Below, one piece after another: positions 57,759 through 64,000 of a stretch of 64,000 bases of DNA. The translations under genes and the position numbers were made by a program. The stretch is from an uncultured Oscillospiraceae bacterium (GTDB lineage Bacteria; Bacillota; Clostridia; Oscillospirales; Oscillospiraceae), in NCBI GenBank assembly GCA_944387095.1, contig CALXDP010000011.1:12430-76429 (forward strand), written 5' to 3'. Positions within the stretch are counted from its first letter, which is position 1; each line of letters starts with the position of its first letter. The notes under the pieces are model-generated. The model did not search any database and had not been told where the DNA came from. It saw nothing but the letters and a program-made list of their open reading frames with translations.

Positions 57759-57787
57759 ATTATATCATGCAAAATCGCCAGTTACAA
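57759..57787 (-). promoter_or_regulatory. promoter of the patatin gene
   Basis: On the minus strand, TTGTAA, a 17-nt spacer and TATAAT with a TGa extended -10. GAGGG SD precedes the ATG. Confidence 0.55.
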
Positions 57788-57878
57788 CCAAAATACTTCT
57801 AACATTTTCCAACCACTTAGCCCTTTTGTGCTCCCGAAGCGTCATGTTCTGTGGGCTGTTCCCGGCAGACAAGCTCAA

Positions 57879-58340
57879 TCAGACCTGGGCCAACGACGTT
57901 ACCAGCTTTCCGTTGGGGGGCATTATCTTTATGATTTCATTTGTCGAGGGCAGCGGCCTGCCGCTAGGACTCCTCAACCACGGCCTCCTTCTGCAAACAT
58001 AAAAAACGTACTCGTCCCAGGACGAATGCGCATAATCAGGCGATCTCATTAAAAAATCCACAATATGGATGTTGATCTCAAAGTAATAATGCTCGAAAAC
58101 GGGCCGCAGCTTCCGGTGAAACAGTAGCCCTTTCGTCGTGCGGTGATCGTTGCCCCATTGCCAACACCCCGCCTGTACAGAGGAGGATGCCGGCAACTTT
58201 ATAGCACTTCCCGTTGCCAAAATGGAGATTCAAATGGAAGCGGAATGTCCAAGGAAACTGCGTCATCCTGCTTCAAAGCCGAAAGGCGTCTCACGTCACA
58301 TAGTTTATTGTCATATGCCCGAGGTAATAATCGGTTTGAG
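57879..58340 (-). pseudogene. decayed Y1 (IS200-like / REP-associated tyrosine) transposase gene
   Basis: Fragments in two frames with stops. FRFHLNLHF resembles NHFHLL. HRTTKGLLFHRKLRPV...NIHIVDFLMRSPDYAHSSWDEY resembles RTGHLFQGRFKS...YIHLNP...PEDYPWSS. Confidence 0.45.
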
Positions 58341-58371
58341 CCCGGAACAAAATTAATCGAAATTTGGAATC

Positions 58372-58605
58372 TCAATTAGCTTCCTTTGTTCCTTCATTGC
58401 GTAGCCCTGCCGTATAGGTGAAGAATGGTCCCATGGTTTGGTCATCTTGCTCTATGCTCAACTGGATAGGCTCCCCCATATCTACCAGTACTGGAACAGG
58501 CTTAAACACAGTAACAGCTAAAATAGCCACGATGATGCCTGCCGCTACCAAAGCGCAAAGAAAGACGACCAAGATGAGTTTTATCATGCTCCTATTTTTC
58601 CCCAT
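58372..58605 (-). CDS. small single-pass membrane protein (77 aa), function unknown
   Basis: ATG follows AAGGAGAGGGG. TM segment LILVVFLCALVAAGIIVAILAV. Confidence 0.5.
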   Translation of the reverse strand: MGKNRSMIKLILVVFLCALVAAGIIVAILAVTVFKPVPVLVDMGEPIQLSIEQDDQTMGPFFTYTAGLRNEGTKEAN

Positions 58606-58852
58606 GAGAACCCCTCTCCTTTTTCGCATATGCAGTCCGTTGCACACCTGAGACATTCCTTGCGGATATGAGTGGCTCACGCAGACCGGGGTGCATGCTA
58701 TCCGGCCTGCGTGAGCCTTCTTAGGCTTGTGGTGCGCTGTAAAAACGATTCAATCAGTCTTGAAGGATGGCTCACTCTTTTTGGTCACACACTGAACATA
58801 TTTATAATTTCCTCGCGGAAACATAATCGCAACCGGCATAAAGATCCTTGGC

Positions 58853-59317
58853 TTAGGTGGAAGAGGTTAAATAGGGGTAGCTTCCTACAGAATCAGGGCT
58901 CCACACGCCGGATACAGACTGGTTTGCCCACGGTTTATATCCTCCAAGTCTTGCGGTACGGTATCCCCGCTCATACACCCATTGGCTGATTAGGGCAGGA
59001 GAGTTAACTTTGCTCAAGCGGGGCTGTCCATAGGTTGTTTTGTCCGTGCAATCTACCCATTGCCCAGTTCTTGTGTCAAGGCCGTCTACAAAAACATCCA
59101 TCCCCCCATGACACATAGAGTAGGCAACCATATACGTGCCGCTTGTGTCCTGCTTTGCCCTACCTTCTGAATTTGCCTTTCCCCAAATGTCAAACTTGAA
59201 CTCAAAAGTTGTGTCCAAATGGTTTTTATATGGTTGGAGCCAGGTATCAGCCGATGCCGGTACCATCAAAGCACAATGCAAAATTCCAAATTGCAAGGAA
59301 ATCTTGTCAATTTGCAA
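58853..59317 (-). CDS. orphan putative secreted protein (154 aa)
   Basis: TTG start overlaps the agrB stop by 11 nt. N-terminus MQIDKISLQFGILHCALMVPASA is signal-peptide-like. I recognise no family motif. Confidence 0.5.
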   Translation of the reverse strand: MQIDKISLQFGILHCALMVPASADTWLQPYKNHLDTTFEFKFDIWGKANSEGRAKQDTSGTYMVAYSMCHGGMDVFVDGLDTRTGQWVDCTDKTTYGQPRLSKVNSPALISQWVYERGYRTARLGGYKPWANQSVSGVWSPDSVGSYPYLTSST

Positions 59318-59888
59318 GCTTCTGTTTCAGGTGTCCAAGGAATAGCAATATCCCCTCCAATCCCAAACTCACTGTGCATGCATGAAAAATACCGTTCATC
59401 TGAACCGCCAAAGCAAGGAAAGCTGCCACACAAATAAAAAGTAGTAACAAATATGAAATCTTCTGGAATTGTCTTTTTTCTTCTCGGTCCAGAGGCTTCT
59501 CCTGCGTGTCCAGTGGCGCGAAAGCCAGAATGATCAGAGCAGATACCAAAATCATAAGTAGCGGTATGAGCAGATTGTCACCCATAGTGCTCCATTTTAT
59601 CAACCCAACCGCTGAAAACAGAGCTATCGAAGTAGAGATTGTGCAAACGCTCTCTTTTTCTGCATGCACCCCACCTGCATAGCTTCGAATCAGAGAAAAA
59701 AAGATAAAAAATACAAGGCTCTCCAATACAATGCCAAACAGGATCCCAAATAGCAAGGATAGCAAGAAAAAGAATCCCTGGGCACACATCATGTGAAACC
59801 CATACACATATAACTCTTCATCTTCTTTCGATATCTCCGAATGACTGCTCAGCGCATCCACTATTTTCCTGGCTATTGCATTAAACAT
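59307..59888 (-). CDS. agrB: AgrB-family autoinducing-peptide maturation protease
   Basis: Polytopic protein. The motif SLIRSYAGGVHAEKESVC carries the conserved His and Cys of AgrB. Confidence 0.85.
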   Translation of the reverse strand: MFNAIARKIVDALSSHSEISKEDEELYVYGFHMMCAQGFFFLLSLLFGILFGIVLESLVFFIFFSLIRSYAGGVHAEKESVCTISTSIALFSAVGLIKWSTMGDNLLIPLLMILVSALIILAFAPLDTQEKPLDREEKRQFQKISYLLLLFICVAAFLALAVQMNGIFHACTVSLGLEGILLFLGHLKQKLAN

Positions 59889-60033
59889 TCTTTGACTTTT
59901 TAAAAAGAGCTAATTTTTCCGGTGCTTTCGGCTGATAGACGGCAAAGCAGGTGGTGCTGTTTGCATCCCGTTTTAGTGTTTGCACAGCCATTGTTTTTGC
60001 GACCTTAGCCGCAAGTTTCTTACAACTTTTCAT
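59881..60033 (-). CDS. agrD: AgrD-type autoinducing peptide precursor (50 aa; too short for the ORF track)
   Basis: MKSCKKLAAKVAKTMAVQTLKRDANSTTCFAVYQPKAPEKLALFKKSKNV. It has an amphipathic leader, Cys plus 4 residues (CFAVY), then the conserved QP-x-x-PE charged tail. GGGGGTG SD lies 8 nt upstream. The stop overlaps the agrB ATG (AATGTTTAA). Confidence 0.8.
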   Translation of the reverse strand: MKSCKKLAAKVAKTMAVQTLKRDANSTTCFAVYQPKAPEKLALFKKSKNV

Positions 60034-60253
60034 GGTCGATTCACCCCCTTTTGGGGAACATTAACAAAGAATAGCTCGAATGGCAATAGATATAGGAGAA
60101 GTGCAATAAAACCATGAAAAAACCTCAATAATACGTCTTGTGCAGAATTATTATATAATTTACTTATTAATAATTGTTTTACAGATATATTCTGTATAAT
60201 GTTGTTCATTTTCTTGTGCCGCCATGGTAGCGTATATCACGTGGTGATGTGAA

Positions 60254-60577
60254 ATGAAACTTGATAAAAAACTGATCGGAATCAGGATCATGCAGCGCAG
60301 GAAAGAGCGGGGCATGACGCAGGAACAGCTTTCAGAGCGCATAGAGATCTCTAAAAACCATCTTTCCAGCATCGAGCGCGGGATTTATATCCCCACGACT
60401 CAAATTATTTTTCGCATCTGCGATGTGCTGGGCAAAACACCCGACTATTATCTGATTGGTAAAATCTCCAAAAACACAAATAGAATGTTTGAAATACTTC
60501 AAAGTTTGCCAAACGACACACAAAGGATTGTCCTTAAGCTGCTGGAAACTTATTTAGAAGAAATCCACTATAGTTGA
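60254..60577 (+). CDS. XRE-family HTH regulator
   Basis: GMTQEQLSERIEISKNHLSSIERG HTH. 107 aa. Confidence 0.75.
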   Translation: MKLDKKLIGIRIMQRRKERGMTQEQLSERIEISKNHLSSIERGIYIPTTQIIFRICDVLGKTPDYYLIGKISKNTNRMFEILQSLPNDTQRIVLKLLETYLEEIHYS

Positions 60578-60657
60578 CGATGTATAATTTGTGATGATAA
60601 AATGGGGTTGCTAATGTGGATATAGCAGCCCCATTTTTTGACTTATGGAGACAGTTT

Positions 60658-61356
60658 ATGAATGTTCTAATCTGTGATGACGAAACGACCTTTCTTGATA
60701 ATTTGCGCGAACATGTACAGGAATATATGAAAAATCATTTTATTGATTGCCATATTTTTGCAACAACTGATCCAAAGGAGGCGCTGTCCGGGGAAACGCC
60801 TTATACTCTCGCCTTTCTGGACATCCAGATGAAAGGTTTGGACGGAATCTCTCTGGCCAAGGAACTGAAGCGCCGAAATGGGAAGGTAGCCATTTTCTTT
60901 GTCACTGCTTATCACGAATATCAGGATGATGCCATGGACCTTCAGGCCTTTCGCTATTTTGAGAAGCCTTTTGATGTGAATCGTCTCTATGCGGGGTTGG
61001 ATAAGGCCATGGAATACATTGACGGCGCCTACGTGGACTTTTTCTTATACAACCAACAGTCCCAGATCCGCATCTTGGTGGATGACGTACTGTATGTGAC
61101 CCGGGAAAACCGCCGGGTGGTTCTGGTTGCGAAGGATAAGCGATATTATACTCGGGAAAGTTTTGACGATTGGTGTGAAAAGCTGCCCAACTTATTCTTT
61201 TACCAGGTACACAAGTCTTTTTTGGTCAATCTCCACTATGTAAATAAGTACACTTACACAGAGCTGTATCTGTCCAATGGAGAGCGAATTCCCATCGCCA
61301 CGCGAAAGCAGGCCGATTTTCGCAAGTATTGGTTTGAATACCTCAGGAGGCGGTGA
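60658..61356 (+). CDS. LytTR-family response regulator (AgrA-like)
   Basis: Receiver domain (VLICDDE...FLDIQMKGLDG) plus a C-terminal LytTR domain. ATG at 60658 follows GGAGA. Confidence 0.85.
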   Translation: MNVLICDDETTFLDNLREHVQEYMKNHFIDCHIFATTDPKEALSGETPYTLAFLDIQMKGLDGISLAKELKRRNGKVAIFFVTAYHEYQDDAMDLQAFRYFEKPFDVNRLYAGLDKAMEYIDGAYVDFFLYNQQSQIRILVDDVLYVTRENRRVVLVAKDKRYYTRESFDDWCEKLPNLFFYQVHKSFLVNLHYVNKYTYTELYLSNGERIPIATRKQADFRKYWFEYLRRR

Positions 61357-62666
61357 ATATGCTAAACCCCGTTGTTTCCTTTTCTATCTACTTTCTGGAA
61401 ATGCTGATTTCCTATCTCTTCTTTTCCCGAGTATCAGACCGCAAGGGGCCGCCCTGGAGAATCCTCTTGATCGGAGCACTATGCTTTGGGGCGGCATCGG
61501 CGGCAAATCTGCTCTACTCCAACACAGTCTGGATCAATTTGATTTCGTTCTGTTTGGTCAATCTGGTTTTTGGACTGCTGTGCTTCCGGGTAAAAGCCAG
61601 TACAGCAGCTTTCTATTCTCTCATCTTAACTGCGTTGATGACCGCCCTGGAAGTGATTGTGAGTTTTCTGCTCTCATCCTTCCTGGGCAACGTCGTTACA
61701 GACTATAACTCAAATGTGGTTTTTCTGATCTTGCTTGTTATCATTAATAAGTCTCTCTATTTTTTTACCTGCCTGATCCTGACCAATTTTTTGGTGAAAA
61801 AAGCCCCGCAATTCAGGTTGCCCCTGGGCCTCTATGCGTATCCGGCAGGCGTCTTTGTCTGTCTTGCGCTCATCTGGTATATCTGCGCACAACAAACCCT
61901 GAGTTATCACGGGCAATTCTTGTTAGCCATTGTGAGCATGATCTTGTTTGCCTCCACTATCATCCTGTTTATCACCTATCAGCACAGCCAGGAGAGGGAA
62001 AATGAACTATTGCTGGTCAAGAGCAGATTTGAGCAGCTTGAGACAGAGCGGTCTTACTATGAGATCCTGGAACACCAAAACCGCCAGCTGATGACCTACG
62101 CCCATGACGCCAAAAACCACTTAGCCGCTATCAAGAATTTGAACACAGATGCCCGTGTCGATCGCTACATCGAAAAAATGTCCGAACAACTTAGCCGTTA
62201 CGCCAGGCACTGCCACAGCGGGAATCCTGGCCTGGACGTGATGATAAACAAGTATGTCACCACCTGCCAACTGCGAGGAATCCGGTTTGAATATGACGTG
62301 AAGCTGTGTAACCTAAGTCTTGTAGAAGATTTTGACCTGGTTGCAATTTTGGGAAATTTGTTGGACAATGCTTTGACCGCCGCAGAGCAGTCGCAGGCAA
62401 AGGAAGTCTATCTTGCCACCGCCCTGCGCAACTCCTATCAGGTGATTGTGGTGGAGAACAGCTGCGATATCCCGCCGGTTTCCAGCGGGGACCGTTTAAT
62501 CTCCACAAAAAAAGACAGCCGATTTCACGGATTTGGTCTGACAAGCGTTGGGAAAACGCTTGAAAAGTACCAAGGGGATTTCCACTGGGATTATGATGCC
62601 GCCCGGCAGAAGTTTGCGGTCACCGTTATGGTTGGCAAAAATCCAAATTGTTTGGTGGCAACCTAA
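61353..62666 (+). CDS. AgrC-like (HPK10-type) sensor histidine kinase
   Basis: About 6-7 TM segments at the N-terminus, H-box TYAHDAKNHL, N-box LGNLLDNAL and a GFGL G-box. ATGA overlap with the regulator gene. Confidence 0.85.
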   Translation: MNMLNPVVSFSIYFLEMLISYLFFSRVSDRKGPPWRILLIGALCFGAASAANLLYSNTVWINLISFCLVNLVFGLLCFRVKASTAAFYSLILTALMTALEVIVSFLLSSFLGNVVTDYNSNVVFLILLVIINKSLYFFTCLILTNFLVKKAPQFRLPLGLYAYPAGVFVCLALIWYICAQQTLSYHGQFLLAIVSMILFASTIILFITYQHSQERENELLLVKSRFEQLETERSYYEILEHQNRQLMTYAHDAKNHLAAIKNLNTDARVDRYIEKMSEQLSRYARHCHSGNPGLDVMINKYVTTCQLRGIRFEYDVKLCNLSLVEDFDLVAILGNLLDNALTAAEQSQAKEVYLATALRNSYQVIVVENSCDIPPVSSGDRLISTKKDSRFHGFGLTSVGKTLEKYQGDFHWDYDAARQKFAVTVMVGKNPNCLVAT

Positions 62667-62741
62667 CCAGAGAAACAGGATCGCCACATTGAATGATGTC
62701 CCCCTGCCCGCAAAAGCCGTACCAAAAGGAGCGAAAACCCC

Positions 62742-62909
62742 ATGTCTTTCCGCAACCAGTGGGAAAATCGCCCATGGGTTTGCGCTTGTGGCGGCCTTTT
62801 CGAGTGCCACCCTTATGATTTTCCATGTGAGCCTTTCCCCTCCGAATTGGGGATACAAAAGATTGAAACATTTTCTCATAGCAGAGCGGGAGCGCCGCCT
62901 TCGGTTTGA
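62742..62909 (+). CDS. candidate small Cys-rich protein (55 aa)
   Basis: AAAGGAG lies 10 nt upstream. MSFRNQWENRPWVCACGGLFECHPYDFPCE... The ORF ends inside terminator 62885-62936. It is below the ORF-track size cutoff. Weak call. Confidence 0.2.
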   Translation: MSFRNQWENRPWVCACGGLFECHPYDFPCEPFPSELGIQKIETFSHSRAGAPPSV

Positions 62910-62936
62910 GCCGAGGGTGACGCTCCCGCTTTTTCT
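62885..62936 (+). terminator. intrinsic terminator at the right edge of the island
   Basis: Outer stem agcgggagcg / cgctcccgct followed by TTTTT. Confidence 0.6.
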
Positions 62937-62959
62937 TGTTTCACAATCGCTTGTTTCCG

Positions 62960-64000
62960 TTATGCCAGCGTCCAGTTCTGGCTCTCCGTCTGGAACTTTA
63001 CCATGTGGGCATAGATGCCGTCCTTTTCCAGCAATTCTCCAGGACTTCCCTGCTCGGCCACGACCCCGCCGTCCAGCACCACGATCTTGTCCGCCCCGGC
63101 CACAGTCCGCATCCGGTGGGCAATGACCAGCACCGTCTTGTCCCGGATGAGGCGGGAGAGGGCGGTCTGGATGAGCGTTTCACTCTCCACGTCCAGAGAG
63201 GCGGTGGCCTCATCCAGCAGGATGATAGGGGCATTTTTGAGGAAAGCACGGGCAATGGAAATGCGCTGGCGCTCGCCGCCGGAGAGTTCACAGCCGTTCT
63301 CCCCGATATTCGTATTGTATTTGTCCGGCAGCTTTTCCGCGAACTCGTCCACATTGGCCAGCTTGGCGGCAGCTAGCACTTCCTCGTCGGTGGCGTCCTT
63401 GCTGCCGATACGGATGTTCTCCAGGATGGTGTTGTCAAAGAGGGTCACATCCTGGAACACGATGGAGTACAGGGAGAGCAGCGCCTCCGGATCCACTTTG
63501 GAAATGTCCATGCCGCCCACGGTGATTTTACCCTTGTTCAGATCCCAAAACCGGGCGGCCAGCCGGGACACGGTGGTCTTTCCCCCGCCGGAGGGACCCA
63601 CCAGGGCGGTAACCTCCCCCTGTCTGGCGGTGAAAGAGACATCCCGCAGAACCGTCTCCCCGGTGTTGTAGGCAAAGCCCACATGGTCAAACACAATGTC
63701 ACAGCCGTCGTTGGTCAGGCGGCTGTCCCCCTGCTGGATGGGGTGATCGAGAATTTCGTTCATCCGGGCGATGTTGATGCGGGTGGAGATCACCGCCGCC
63801 AGGTTTTGTAGGGCGCTCTGGAGCGGGTCATACAGCCGGGATACCACCAGCAGGAACAGGAAAAAGGTGCGCACATCCAGCGTCCCCCGCAGCAGCAGGA
63901 CAGAACCCACCAGGGCCACGGTGGCGATGCCCAGTTTCAGGATGAGGGAGGCGCTGACCACAAAAGCCGCCACCCCAAATTCGTTGATGATGCTCCGGCG
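62960..64000 (-). CDS. ABC exporter, fused permease/ATPase, C-terminal part (5' end outside window)
   Basis: Walker A GPSGGGKTT, signature LSGGERQR, Walker B IILLDEATASLD. The frame is open to the window end. Confidence 0.85.
   Translation of the reverse strand, partial: RRSIINEFGVAAFVVSASLILKLGIATVALVGSVLLLRGTLDVRTFFLFLLVVSRLYDPLQSALQNLAAVISTRINIARMNEILDHPIQQGDSRLTNDGCDIVFDHVGFAYNTGETVLRDVSFTARQGEVTALVGPSGGGKTTVSRLAARFWDLNKGKITVGGMDISKVDPEALLSLYSIVFQDVTLFDNTILENIRIGSKDATDEEVLAAAKLANVDEFAEKLPDKYNTNIGENGCELSGGERQRISIARAFLKNAPIILLDEATASLDVESETLIQTALSRLIRDKTVLVIAHRMRTVAGADKIVVLDGGVVAEQGSPGELLEKDGIYAHMVKFQTESQNWTLA

Noticed and set aside
1-64000. Search by eye for tRNA/rRNA genes and CRISPR arrays
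   Set aside because: I found no T-loop GGTTCGA-type contexts with acceptor stems, no rRNA-like tracts and no regularly spaced direct repeats. Absence by eye is not proof; tRNAscan/cmscan/CRISPR finders should confirm it.

Overview
This is a 64-kb chromosomal window from a GC-rich, Firmicutes/Clostridia-type genome. That assignment is an inference from gene content and synteny: gdpP-rplI-dnaB, tilS-hpt-ftsH, rpsF-ssb-rpsR, a ytvI-like permease and Gram-positive SD sites. The GC-rich codon usage produces many long spurious antisense ORFs in the track. I support about 57 protein genes, mostly housekeeping: metG, lepB, ftsH, hpt, tilS, dnaB, rplI, gdpP, ilvE, pyrG, rpsR/ssb/rpsF, glgP, pgm and asnA. 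I saw no rRNA, tRNA or CRISPR array.

Accessory or unusual content:
1. An AT-rich island of about 6.8 kb (56.0-62.9 kb). It carries a complete agr-type quorum-sensing cassette, including a 50-aa AgrD precursor too short for the ORF track. It also carries two orphan cargo genes, an intact patatin-like phospholipase with its own promoter followed by a decayed JAB/MPN gene, and a decayed Y1-transposase gene.
2. An 894-bp AT-rich cassette bounded by 17-nt inverted repeats. It carries one PH-like gene and sits just after pyrG.
3. Degenerate second copies of the 3' coding ends of pyrG, asnA and hpt, each a short distance downstream of the intact gene.
4. An ABC-F ATPase behind a ~430-nt structured leader with an intrinsic terminator.
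5. A BlaI/BlaR1-like pair plus an amidase-domain lipoprotein that share a duplicated promoter/operator architecture.

All functional calls come from motif reading of the translations. No database search was run.
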